A stretch of DNA of 64,000 nucleotides from an uncultured Bacilli bacterium (GTDB lineage: Bacteria; Bacillota_I; Bacilli_A; RF39; UBA660): contig CAKOLD010000002.1 of NCBI GenBank assembly GCA_934096015.1, positions 393-64,392 on the forward strand, in the 5' to 3' direction. This document shows positions 46,186 through 55,698 of this stretch, piece by piece. Position 1 is the first letter of the stretch, and each line of letters starts with the position of its first letter. The notes beneath the pieces are model-generated. The model saw only the letters and a list, made by a program, of their open reading frames with translations. It was not told the origin of the DNA and ran no database searches. Both the position numbers and the translations under genes were made by a program.

Positions 46186-47943
46186 ATGGAAAAGTATGAA
46201 GCAAGAAGAGATGGGGAAAAGACTGAAAAAGAACAATTTGAGGAGTCTAATGAAAAACTTGCTAAAACCGCTTTAAAGGGAGCTGCGACTTATTTTGCTC
46301 CAGGAGTTGGTGGTACAGTTGTAGATATGGCTAGTAATACTAAAGCTGGGCAGAAAATAATAAAAGGTGCTGGAAAACTTATGCAACGTACAGAACTTGG
46401 AAAACATGCTGTTAAACTTGATAAAAGTGGAGTGACCGATGCTGCAGATAAGGCTTTAGATTATGTAAATCCAGGTAGTGGTGCCGCTGGTGCTGCAAAA
46501 GGAGCTACTAGTGGTGCTGCAAAAAATGGAGTATCAGGAGCCACAAAAAATGGAGCGGGAGAAGCTGCTAAAAATTCTTTAACAAAAGGATCAACTCATT
46601 CCGATTCTTCTTTAGGAAAATCTAGTGAAATTCCTCAAGGAGATGAATTAAATAATACTTCAAAATCAAATAAAAAATCATTACTTGATTTTGGTGGTGG
46701 AAATTCTAGTGGAGGATTTAATCTTGATATAGTGGGATTAATTGGTAAAAAGAAGTTAATTATAGCTGGTTCTGTAGTGTTTTTATTTTTAATAATAATG
46801 GTTTCTATTGTTTCTGCGAAAGACTTTGGTAACTTAGATTTAACTAATGGTTCTACGGCAATGCCAAGTGGTTCTAGAGGAAGTAGAAATTGTACAGTAG
46901 AAGAGGTAGAAAATAATTTGCTATATGTAGGGGATTCTCGTATTGAAGGTATGAGGGATTCTTTAGATAATACAAATGTGCAGTATGTTGCTGCAAGCAG
47001 TCAAGGTTATTCGTGGTTAACTTCAACTGCTACTAGCGAGTTAGAGTCTACTATAAAAGATGGCTCAATAGTTGTTTTAAGTTTGGGAGTTAATGATTTA
47101 TACAATATTGATAATTATATTAATTATTATAAAGAATTAATGGCGAAATATCCAAATAATACTTTTTATGTTATGAGTGTTAATCCTGTTGATGATGCTA
47201 AAGCAAGTGCTAGTGGGGATCCTGCAAGAAATAGTGATATAGAGGAATTTAATAATAAATTAAAGAGTGCTTTTCCAGATAAATATATTGATTCTTATAA
47301 TGCAATTAAAGGAAGTATTAATACTAACGATGGGGTTCATTATAATACTGATACAAATAAAGAAATTAATAATTATGTAACTAGTTCAATAAGTAGTTCT
47401 GGTAATACGAGATGTGGTACTAGTGCTGGAGCTGGAGGCGATTTAGCAGGTAAATTAGAGGAGGTTGGTACTTGGTATATTGCAAATGTTTCTACTTATC
47501 AGAATGGTAATTCTGGATCTAGAAAATATTATCAAACTCCGTTTGGTTCTAGATCTTTTGGTGATGATTGTACGGAATTTGTTGCAGCTTACATGAGTTA
47601 TATGTGTGGAAGTGATGTTCCTGAATCATATTCTGGAGATATGGTTTATCCTGATGGATCGTGGGCGCAAAGCGTTGCAAGTTGTGGATGGAAGGCTTAT
47701 AGTAGTGATGAAATAGATTCTTTACAAACTGGTGATGTTTTGATAGCACATGCAGGTGCTTTATATAGTACTAAAGGTCATCATGGAGAAATTTATATAA
47801 ATGAAAATCAGACTTTTGGATGGGGAAGTGTTAAAAGTTCTTATCCTACAAGTAACAGTATTCAAAAAGTTGAAAGTGGTGGCCATGTCCATTACAAGGA
47901 TTCTACTCATGATTATGTAACGATATATAGATATGAAGGTTAG
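46186..47943 (+). CDS. membrane-anchored SGNH/GDSL hydrolase + CHAP domain protein
   Basis: Gly/Ala-rich N-region, central TM, SGNH blocks 'VGDSR','GVNDL','DGVHYN'; CHAP 'DDCTEFVAAY' Cys and 'GHHGEIY' His. Confidence 0.6.
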   Translation: MEKYEARRDGEKTEKEQFEESNEKLAKTALKGAATYFAPGVGGTVVDMASNTKAGQKIIKGAGKLMQRTELGKHAVKLDKSGVTDAADKALDYVNPGSGAAGAAKGATSGAAKNGVSGATKNGAGEAAKNSLTKGSTHSDSSLGKSSEIPQGDELNNTSKSNKKSLLDFGGGNSSGGFNLDIVGLIGKKKLIIAGSVVFLFLIIMVSIVSAKDFGNLDLTNGSTAMPSGSRGSRNCTVEEVENNLLYVGDSRIEGMRDSLDNTNVQYVAASSQGYSWLTSTATSELESTIKDGSIVVLSLGVNDLYNIDNYINYYKELMAKYPNNTFYVMSVNPVDDAKASASGDPARNSDIEEFNNKLKSAFPDKYIDSYNAIKGSINTNDGVHYNTDTNKEINNYVTSSISSSGNTRCGTSAGAGGDLAGKLEEVGTWYIANVSTYQNGNSGSRKYYQTPFGSRSFGDDCTEFVAAYMSYMCGSDVPESYSGDMVYPDGSWAQSVASCGWKAYSSDEIDSLQTGDVLIAHAGALYSTKGHHGEIYINENQTFGWGSVKSSYPTSNSIQKVESGGHVHYKDSTHDYVTIYRYEG

Positions 47944-47950
47944 TGGTAAA

Positions 47951-48640
47951 ATGCGAATGAAAAAAATATTTTTGTTGTTTGTAATGTTGTTTATGCTAAC
48001 AGGATGTACTGCGAATTATGAGTTGTCATACTATAATGATAGCTTGGAAGAAAAATTGATTATTCCTAGTTCAAATGTAGAAACAAGTAATGGCTATACT
48101 TTAAATGCTTTGTTGGAAGATTATTTTAATAATATGAATTTATTAGTTAATTATAAAATTCAATCAGGTGATGGGGATGATAATAATTATCCACATTATA
48201 ATAAAAGTTTTAGTACGGTTTCTGGTCTAAATTTAAATTATTCTTATTCTGAGAAGGAAGATTTTAATAATTCTTCTATAGTTTATAGTTTATTTGAAAA
48301 AGTTAATATTACTGATAATTATATAAAAGCCAGAGAGATAAAAAATATATTTAATAATTATGAATTATTGGATGAAATAAATATTGTTTTTAAAACTGAT
48401 AAGAATGTTACTAGTAATAATGCAGATAAAATTGTTAATGACGAGTATATATGGGTTATTAATAAAAATAATTATCAAAATAAAATTATTAACATTACTT
48501 ATGATAATAAAAAAAAGATAAATGTATTTGGAGAAAAAGAAAATTCTATTTTAAATTATATATTAATTATATTAGGATCAGTATTGGCATTAGGGGTTTT
48601 AATAGTATTTTTTAAAATAAGTATTTCTAATAAAAAATAA
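47951..48640 (+). CDS. lipoprotein with C-terminal TM anchor
   Basis: lipobox 'FMLTGC'; C-terminal 'ILIILGSVLALGVLIVFF'; start moved to ATG 47951. Confidence 0.45.
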   Translation: MRMKKIFLLFVMLFMLTGCTANYELSYYNDSLEEKLIIPSSNVETSNGYTLNALLEDYFNNMNLLVNYKIQSGDGDDNNYPHYNKSFSTVSGLNLNYSYSEKEDFNNSSIVYSLFEKVNITDNYIKAREIKNIFNNYELLDEINIVFKTDKNVTSNNADKIVNDEYIWVINKNNYQNKIINITYDNKKKINVFGEKENSILNYILIILGSVLALGVLIVFFKISISNKK

Positions 48641-48686
48641 TAGTAAAAAATAAAAAAATATTATATAATGATGAAAGGAGGCCGCT

Positions 48687-50879
48687 ATGAAATTTAAAGT
48701 TAATCCTAAAGATTTAGTTATATTTGCAGTTTTTTGTGTTTTTCTTTTGTTTTTAAGTTCATTGGCGGTTACGAATGCTATTACAATTATTAATGAAGGA
48801 AAGTTTGTGGGATTTCATCCTCTTTTAGGTTTTACTCCGGATTATATTGTTGGAACGCTTGGAGTATTTATTGGAGTTTTGATTGTTGTATTTGTTAGTG
48901 TCTCATCTTATATTTTTGATAGAAGTAAGGGATTTGGTTTAGAAATAGGAGAAAAAGAAGAAAAAGGCTATAATCGTTGGACTAAAGAATCTGAGATGAA
49001 AAAAGCTTTTAAAGTTGCTAAAGTTGATATTGCTCAAGAAACTGCAGATGTTGCTGGTATACCATTAATTAATGACGGTAAGAGCATGTGGGTTGATAAT
49101 GGAGAATTTCATAATTTAGTTGTAGGAGCAACTGGTAGTGGTAAAACTACTGCATTAGTTCACCCTTTAATTCATTCGTTAATTAAACGTGGGGAAAGTA
49201 TGGTTGTAACTGATCCCAAAGGAGAAATTTACAAAGAACACGCAGAAAGATTAAAATCAAGAGGTTATAATATAATTGTACTTAATTTCCGTGATCCTAA
49301 TATGGGTAATGCTTGGAATCCTTTAACTTTACCATACAGGTTATATAAAAGTGGAAACGTAGATAAAGCTACTGAGTTATTGGATGATGTTGGTAGCAAT
49401 ATTTTTAAAGATAAAAAAGCTCAAGATCCTTTTTGGGAGAATAGTGCTTCGGATTATTTTGCTGGTGTAGCTTTAGGATTGTTTCAGGATGCTAAAGAAG
49501 AAGAAGTTAATTTAAATTCTATTAGTTATGCTACTACAATTGGTGAAGAAAGATTTGCTGGCAATTCTACTTACATTAAAGAATATTTTGGTTTAAAAGG
49601 AGAACAATCTAGTGCTTATACTTTTGCTTCAAATACTATTAATTCTCCTACAGATACTAAGGGAGGTATTTTATCAGTATTTAGAGGTAAAATACGTTTA
49701 TTTGCATCTCGTGAACAATTGTCAGAAATGCTAAGTCACAGTGATTTTGAAATGGCAAGTATTGGAAAACAAAAGACTGCTGTATTTATGATTATTCATG
49801 ATGAAAAAACTACATATCATGCTTTAGCAACAATATTTATTAAGCAATGTTATGAAACATTAATTGATGTTGCTCAAAAGAGTCCTAATGGAAAATTACC
49901 TTTTAGAACTAATTTTATATTAGATGAGTTTGCCAATATGCCACCTTTAAAAGATGTTACAACAATGGTAACTGCGGCAAGAAGTCGTGATATTAGAATG
50001 ACTATGATTATTCAAAACTTTGCTCAACTTAATGATGTTTATGGTAAAGATGATGCTGAAACTATAAGAGGTAACTGTGGTAATTTGATTTATTTATTAA
50101 CAACAGAACTTGCTGCTTTAGAAGAGATTAGTAAGTTATGTGGTGAAAAGAAAAGTAAAGAGAAAGATAAAACTGCTTCAACCCCTTTGGTTACTGTTTC
50201 TGATTTGCAAAAAATGAAGATGAATGAAGTAATTATTATCAGACAGAGAATGGGACCTTTTAGAACTAAGCTTATTCCAAGTTATCAAATAGATTGGGGT
50301 AAAAAGTTTCCTAAGGCAGAATTTGTTGAAAGACAAACTACACCAATTGCTTTATTTGATTTGAGAGAGTTTGTTAAAGTTAGAAGAAGAGATAAGATAT
50401 TTAATGCAGGTGGAGGTAATCCATTTGCAAAACCAGCAGAACCTGGAATGCCAAATGCATCAGTGCCTTCAAATTCAAATAGTAACTCTATATTTCCTCC
50501 AGGAAAAAATGGAGTTAATGTTGATGATTTTCTAAAAAAATTAGATCAACAAATAGCAGCATTAGAAAAAGAAGAACAAGAATTAAAAGAAAAACCTAAG
50601 GTTGAAAAAAGACCACCCAGAGAAGAAAGTAAAAATGAAATTGATACTTTTGATTTATTAGATTTAACAGAGAAAAAACAACCTGAGAAAAAGGAAGAAA
50701 AATTTGAAACATTTAACGATATTTTAAATGCTAATTCAAATAGTAGTTTTGTAAAACGAGAGATGCCAAAAACTGAATCTAAAAAGCCAGAAAAAATAGA
50801 AAAACTTGATGATATAGTTGTTTCAGAACATGATGTTAGTGATGATGAATTTTTTGATGATTTTTTTGGAGATGAATAA
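48687..50879 (+). CDS. VirD4/TraG-family type IV coupling protein with long acidic C-terminal tail
   Basis: two N-terminal TMs, Walker A 'VVGATGSGKTT', Walker B 'NFILDEFANM', tail '...SDDEFFDDFFGDE'. Confidence 0.8.
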   Translation: MKFKVNPKDLVIFAVFCVFLLFLSSLAVTNAITIINEGKFVGFHPLLGFTPDYIVGTLGVFIGVLIVVFVSVSSYIFDRSKGFGLEIGEKEEKGYNRWTKESEMKKAFKVAKVDIAQETADVAGIPLINDGKSMWVDNGEFHNLVVGATGSGKTTALVHPLIHSLIKRGESMVVTDPKGEIYKEHAERLKSRGYNIIVLNFRDPNMGNAWNPLTLPYRLYKSGNVDKATELLDDVGSNIFKDKKAQDPFWENSASDYFAGVALGLFQDAKEEEVNLNSISYATTIGEERFAGNSTYIKEYFGLKGEQSSAYTFASNTINSPTDTKGGILSVFRGKIRLFASREQLSEMLSHSDFEMASIGKQKTAVFMIIHDEKTTYHALATIFIKQCYETLIDVAQKSPNGKLPFRTNFILDEFANMPPLKDVTTMVTAARSRDIRMTMIIQNFAQLNDVYGKDDAETIRGNCGNLIYLLTTELAALEEISKLCGEKKSKEKDKTASTPLVTVSDLQKMKMNEVIIIRQRMGPFRTKLIPSYQIDWGKKFPKAEFVERQTTPIALFDLREFVKVRRRDKIFNAGGGNPFAKPAEPGMPNASVPSNSNSNSIFPPGKNGVNVDDFLKKLDQQIAALEKEEQELKEKPKVEKRPPREESKNEIDTFDLLDLTEKKQPEKKEEKFETFNDILNANSNSSFVKREMPKTESKKPEKIEKLDDIVVSEHDVSDDEFFDDFFGDE

Positions 50880-50883
50880 TTAA

Positions 50884-50907
50884 ACTCACAATATTGTGAG
50901 TTTTTTT
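50884..50907 (+). terminator. strong rho-independent terminator ending the T4SS block
   Basis: perfect palindrome actcacaat|attgtgagt, T7. Confidence 0.8.
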
Positions 50908-50967
50908 ATATAAAGATATATCTACAAATCATAGATTTTTTTAATATGCTTGTATGTTATAGTTTAA

Positions 50968-51540
50968 ATGGAGGTGGTAGTTATTATTTATTTGATGAGA
51001 CATGGACTTGATGATGAAAATTATATTGGTGGATGGAGTGATGTTCACTTAATTAAGCAAGGAAAAGAAGATGTTCTTGCTAATTCTGATTGGATAAAAG
51101 AAAATTTAGAGATTAAACAAATTATTTGTAGTGATGTTATGAGGTGTAAGGAAACAGCAGAAATAGTTAATAAAAAAATTGAGGTTCCCATAAGATATAC
51201 AGATATTTTAAAAGAACAAAATAAGGGAATTCTAAATGGTATGCAAAAAGAAGAAGCTAGTGGAAATTATAAAGATTTTTTAGATAATTTAGATATTTAT
51301 AGTGTTTATCCAGGAGGCGAATCTTTAGTTGATTTGTATAAAAGAGTTCAAAAGAATTTACAAAAAATTTTTGCAGAAGATGATAATACATTGATGATTA
51401 CACATAGGGGAGTCATTAATATGATTTATTATATTTTACTTGACAAGAAAATAGATATGAATAAAGAACAATTTAATGTAGAAACTGCATCTATTCATGA
51501 ATTAGATAAAAAACTAAAAAAAATTAGGAGAATTAAATGA
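50968..51540 (+). CDS. histidine phosphatase (phosphoglycerate-mutase-like) family protein
   Basis: 'IYLMRHG' catalytic RHG motif; start may be the internal ATG 50995. Confidence 0.6.
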   Translation: MEVVVIIYLMRHGLDDENYIGGWSDVHLIKQGKEDVLANSDWIKENLEIKQIICSDVMRCKETAEIVNKKIEVPIRYTDILKEQNKGILNGMQKEEASGNYKDFLDNLDIYSVYPGGESLVDLYKRVQKNLQKIFAEDDNTLMITHRGVINMIYYILLDKKIDMNKEQFNVETASIHELDKKLKKIRRIK

Positions 51541-52664
51541 TTAGAAAAGTAGTATTGACTGGCGGTCCTGGTAGTGGTAAGACCACGATATTAAATTATA
51601 TTAAAGAACATTTTAAGGATAGTGGTAAAAAATTATTAGTTGTGAATGAAACTGCAACAGATATGATTAATTCGGGAGTCAAATGTTTTGGGGAAGATAA
51701 CATTGATATTTTAGATTTTCAAGAACTTGTCTTAAAACTGCAATTATCTAAAGAAGATATTTATGACAAAGCTGCTTATATGTATTCTAAAAAATATCCA
51801 TTAGAGAATATATTAATAATTTATGATAGGGGAACTATTGATAATAGAGCCTTTATAACAGATGAACAATTTAAGAATTTGTTAAGCAATGTTAGTAATT
51901 GTAATTGTTTAGATTTGTTAAATAATTATGACTTAGTAATTGATTTGGTTAGTTCTACAGAATTTTATACCACTAGTAATAATTCGGCGAGAAGTGAGGA
52001 TGTTGAAACTGCATTAAGTCTTGGAGTAAGAATTTTAAAATGTTGGGAAGGACATCCTAAATTAAAAATAGTTTTGCCTAAAGAAACAATAACTGAAAAA
52101 GTTGAAGAAGTTATTAATTATTTAGATGATCTTATGAAGGAAAAACAGCAAAAACAACAAAAAAAATTTTTAGTTGACTTAAATAAAAGTGATTTAGATT
52201 ATATTTTTAATATAGGAAGTAGTTTTAATATTGAACAAACATATTTGTTGAGTGTAAATGATGAGGAGAGAAGGCTGAGAAAGATATCTGTTTTTAACGA
52301 TTTATTTTACAATTTATCAATATATAAAGTCTTAAACGAAGAAACAAAAATATTGGTTACAAATAAAAAAGTAGATGAGGATACTTATAATGAGTTATTA
52401 AAATTTAAAATTCCTGATAAAAAAACTCTTGTTAAAAAAAGAGTATACTTTGATTATAATGGAATTTATATGTATATAGATATATTTTATGATAATGGAA
52501 AAATAGAAGATGTTGGATTTTTAGAGTTAGATGGAGATTTTAAAAACTATGTAATTCCTTCATTCTTATCTATAATTAGAGATGTTTCTAAAAATCCTAA
52601 ATACAATAATTTTAATAAGGCTAGTGAAAAAAGTTTAGTATTAAAAAAGTCATGTAGTCATTAG
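51537..52664 (+). CDS. P-loop NTPase (AAA_28/NadR-kinase-like) fused to CYTH-like domain
   Basis: 'VVLTGGPGSGKTT' Walker A; C-terminal 'KKFLVDL...RRLRKISVF...KKRVYFDYNGIYMYIDIF...VGFLELD' CYTH-like (EXE residues not conserved). Confidence 0.5.
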   Translation: MIRKVVLTGGPGSGKTTILNYIKEHFKDSGKKLLVVNETATDMINSGVKCFGEDNIDILDFQELVLKLQLSKEDIYDKAAYMYSKKYPLENILIIYDRGTIDNRAFITDEQFKNLLSNVSNCNCLDLLNNYDLVIDLVSSTEFYTTSNNSARSEDVETALSLGVRILKCWEGHPKLKIVLPKETITEKVEEVINYLDDLMKEKQQKQQKKFLVDLNKSDLDYIFNIGSSFNIEQTYLLSVNDEERRLRKISVFNDLFYNLSIYKVLNEETKILVTNKKVDEDTYNELLKFKIPDKKTLVKKRVYFDYNGIYMYIDIFYDNGKIEDVGFLELDGDFKNYVIPSFLSIIRDVSKNPKYNNFNKASEKSLVLKKSCSH

Positions 52665-53423
52665 TTCTGGATATTTTTTTGTTTCAATATTTTTAAGATT
52701 TAGGTCAAAGTGTTTAGCAAGATTAACTAGATTATTATATTCTTCTTTTGAGTTTCTTTCGTAATTGAGTATTTCTAATTCAATAAATAATCCTAAATTT
52801 TCAACTTTATCAAATCTTATTTCATATTTATTTTGGCATCTATATATAATTCTTTTTTTATTAACTTTTGCTATTATGTTGTGATTAAGATTTAGTAAAA
52901 TAATATTTAAATTATTGGAATTATCAATAATTACTTCGTATTTATTGTAGTAGTTATCATTACTTTTTTTATAAGATAGAAAACAGTTGTTTCCAATTTC
53001 TCTTATTCTAAGCCAAGAATGTTTATTGTTAGTATTATAGTAAGTATCGATTTCATATTTTTCTGTTATAAATTTTGCTTCTTTCTTGACATTATTTTTA
53101 ATTTTTAAATAGTCACTTTCATTAATCTTAAATTTTAGGGAAGTTTCTATATTGTTTTTTGTGGTTTCTCCATAAAGCAAGTAAGAAATATTACAATTTA
53201 ATATTTCACTTAGTTTACATATTGAATCAAGATCAGGAGTTGTTCTATTATTTTCCCAACTAGATATGGTTTTGTTAGTAAAGAATAGTTTTTCTCCTAA
53301 TTCTTCTTGTGTTAATTTATTTTTTTCTCTTAATTTTTTAATTCTATTACCAATATTATTCATTTTTACCTCTAAATTTATTATATATTGTAGAGTGTTA
53401 TTTAACAATAAAAAAGACTTCAA
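52650..53423 (-). CDS. XRE-family HTH fused to CYTH (CyaB/ThTPase-like) domain
   Basis: 'LTQEELGEKLFFTNKTISSWENNRTTP' HTH; 'IETSLKFKI...SWLRIRE...KYEVII...LGLFIELEI' CYTH blocks. Confidence 0.55.
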   Translation of the reverse strand: MKSFLLLNNTLQYIINLEVKMNNIGNRIKKLREKNKLTQEELGEKLFFTNKTISSWENNRTTPDLDSICKLSEILNCNISYLLYGETTKNNIETSLKFKINESDYLKIKNNVKKEAKFITEKYEIDTYYNTNNKHSWLRIREIGNNCFLSYKKSNDNYYNKYEVIIDNSNNLNIILLNLNHNIIAKVNKKRIIYRCQNKYEIRFDKVENLGLFIELEILNYERNSKEEYNNLVNLAKHFDLNLKNIETKKYPELMTT

Positions 53424-54364
53424 AGTAGATTGTCATCTTTAAAGCCTTTTTTATTTTTACAAATATAAAGTGGTCTTTTTTTGGTTTCTGTATAGGTTTT
53501 AGATATATATTCACCAATTAAACCTAATATAAATAGTTGGATACCACCAATTAAAAGAATTGTACAAAGTATGGAAGCGTATCCTGGAACTTCTTTTCCT
53601 ATAATAAGAGTTTTGATAATTATTATTGAAAAGTAAATTATGGATATTAAAGAAAAACAGGTTCCCAATATAGTAGCAACTTTTAAAGGGTTATTGCTAT
53701 AATTTATTATTCCATCAATAGCATATTTAATTTGTTCATTTGTTTTGAACTTAGTTTTACCACTGTATCTTTTTTCTACTTCATAATACATATATTCTGT
53801 ATTAAAACCAATCCAATAAAATATTCCTTTAGAGAATCTATTTGCTTCGTTAATTTCGCAAATTGCTTCAACAACATTTCTTCTAAACATTCTAAAGTCG
53901 CTTGCACCGTTAATTAATTTAATATTACTAATACGATTTATTATTGAATAAAACATTTTTTTATTTATTCTTGCAAAAATGTTTTCCTTTTTTCTGTTTT
54001 TCATAACCATGGCTATTTGATCAGTTTCCGGATGTGTTTCTAAATGATTTAACATGGCTATTAAATATTTAGGATTTTGTTGTAGGTCACTATCTATTAT
54101 AGCTGTGTATTCTCCACAAGAGTGTTTTAATCCTGCAAGCATAGCAGCTTCTTTACCAAAGTTACGAGAAAATTCGATAATTTTAATATGTTTTTTATCT
54201 TTATTATAAAGATTATCTATTTTATCTTTTGTGCTATCTGTTGATCCATCATTTATAAATATTATTTCATATTTTAGATTTTCACATTGTTTTGTTATTT
54301 TTTTATATAATTCATTTATATTTCCTTCTTCATTGAAAGTAGGGATTATAATGCTTAATTTCAT
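53420..54364 (-). CDS. GT2 polyprenyl-phosphate glycosyltransferase (GtrB/CsbB-like) with two C-terminal TMs
   Basis: 'LSIIIPTFNEEGNI', 'INDGSTD', 'DSDLQ' DXD, C-terminal TM pair. Confidence 0.8.
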   Translation of the reverse strand: MKLSIIIPTFNEEGNINELYKKITKQCENLKYEIIFINDGSTDSTKDKIDNLYNKDKKHIKIIEFSRNFGKEAAMLAGLKHSCGEYTAIIDSDLQQNPKYLIAMLNHLETHPETDQIAMVMKNRKKENIFARINKKMFYSIINRISNIKLINGASDFRMFRRNVVEAICEINEANRFSKGIFYWIGFNTEYMYYEVEKRYSGKTKFKTNEQIKYAIDGIINYSNNPLKVATILGTCFSLISIIYFSIIIIKTLIIGKEVPGYASILCTILLIGGIQLFILGLIGEYISKTYTETKKRPLYICKNKKGFKDDNLL

Positions 54365-54617
54365 TTTATACCTCCTTATAGATTATAGCATGTATATTTA
54401 AAAAGTTATATAGTTTTTATTTTTATTAAAAAAGTAAAAATTTGTAATTTAGGGCTTGAAATAAGCATAATTTTAGTATATAATGGATTATGTTTAACTG
54501 GCATGGATGTGTGAGGTTGCTGATACACTAGGGAGAGTTGTGAAATGTTTTCTTGGGTTTCAGGTAATTCAGACGGAGCAAGTTTATACAAGATATAAGC
54601 GAAGGGAGGACATTTAA

Positions 54618-54923
54618 ATGTCAAAAATTAAAATTAAGTTGAAAGCGTATGATCATAGAGTGCTTGATAATGCAGCTTTAAAGATTGTTGACGTAGTTAA
54701 AAGAACTGGTGGAGAGATTTCAGGACCTATTCCACTACCTACAGAAAAAGAAATTTTTACTGTATTAAAAGCAGTTCATAAATATAAAGATTCTCGTGAA
54801 CAATTTGAAAGACGTACTCATAAAAGACTTATTGATATTAAAAATCCTAGTAAAGAAACTATGGACAGCTTAACACGCTTAGATTTACCAAGTGGTGTTG
54901 ATATTAAAATTGAAACAAAATAA
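54618..54923 (+). CDS. rpsJ: 30S ribosomal protein S10
   Basis: sequence and S10-operon context. Confidence 0.95.
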   Translation: MSKIKIKLKAYDHRVLDNAALKIVDVVKRTGGEISGPIPLPTEKEIFTVLKAVHKYKDSREQFERRTHKRLIDIKNPSKETMDSLTRLDLPSGVDIKIETK

Positions 54924-54936
54924 TGGAGGTATTTAG

Positions 54937-55674
54937 ATGAAAGGAATCTTAGGACGTAAAGTCGGTATGACCGAAGTATTTACTAAAGATGGTAAAGTTG
55001 TTCCTGTAACAGTTATTTCTGTGGAACCTAATGTTATAACTCAAGTTAAAACTGTTGAAACTGATGGTTATAATGCTATTCAACTTGGTGTAACTGATAA
55101 AAAGGAAAAACATGCTACAAAAGCAGAATTAGGACATGCAAAAAAAGCTGGTGTCACTCCTAAGCGCTTCTTAAAAGAAATAAGAGTTGAAGATACTACT
55201 TCTTATACACTTGGAAGCGAAGTTAAAGCTGACACATTTGAAATTGGAGAAAAAGTTGATGTTACTGGTACTAGTAAGGGTAAAGGATTTGCTGGTGTTA
55301 TAAAACGTCATAATCAATCTCGTGGACCAGAGACACATGGTTCAAGATATCATAGAAGACCTGGTTCAATGGGAACTATGAGACCAATGAGAGTTTTGAA
55401 AGGTAAAAAGTTAGCAGGACATATGGGTAATGAAACTGTTACTATTCAAAATCTTGAAATTATTGATATTAATTTAAATGATAATTATATTTTAGTTAGT
55501 GGAAATGTTCCTGGACCAAAGAAATCATTAGTTTTAATAAAATCTGCTGTTAAGGGTGGAAGTGTTACTCCTAAGGATTTAGTGAGTTATGAAACTGAAA
55601 CAGTTGTAGATGAAGTAGTGGAGGAAACAGTGGAACAAAATAATGAAGTTGCCACTGAAACTACAGAAGCTTAA
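54937..55674 (+). CDS. rplC: 50S ribosomal protein L3 (acidic C-terminal extension)
   Basis: '[19 protein letters not shown]' L3 signature. Confidence 0.95.
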   Translation: MKGILGRKVGMTEVFTKDGKVVPVTVISVEPNVITQVKTVETDGYNAIQLGVTDKKEKHATKAELGHAKKAGVTPKRFLKEIRVEDTTSYTLGSEVKADTFEIGEKVDVTGTSKGKGFAGVIKRHNQSRGPETHGSRYHRRPGSMGTMRPMRVLKGKKLAGHMGNETVTIQNLEIIDINLNDNYILVSGNVPGPKKSLVLIKSAVKGGSVTPKDLVSYETETVVDEVVEETVEQNNEVATETTEA

Positions 55675-55698
55675 TTCTGTTGAAAGGAGACTTATTAA

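Noticed and set aside
54365-54617. Minus-strand ORF 54406-54624 and possible regulatory RNA in the S10 leader
   Set aside because: The region is the untranslated leader of the S10 operon. The ORF has no RBS and overlaps the rpsJ start. A leader attenuator is plausible but I cannot define its structure by eye.
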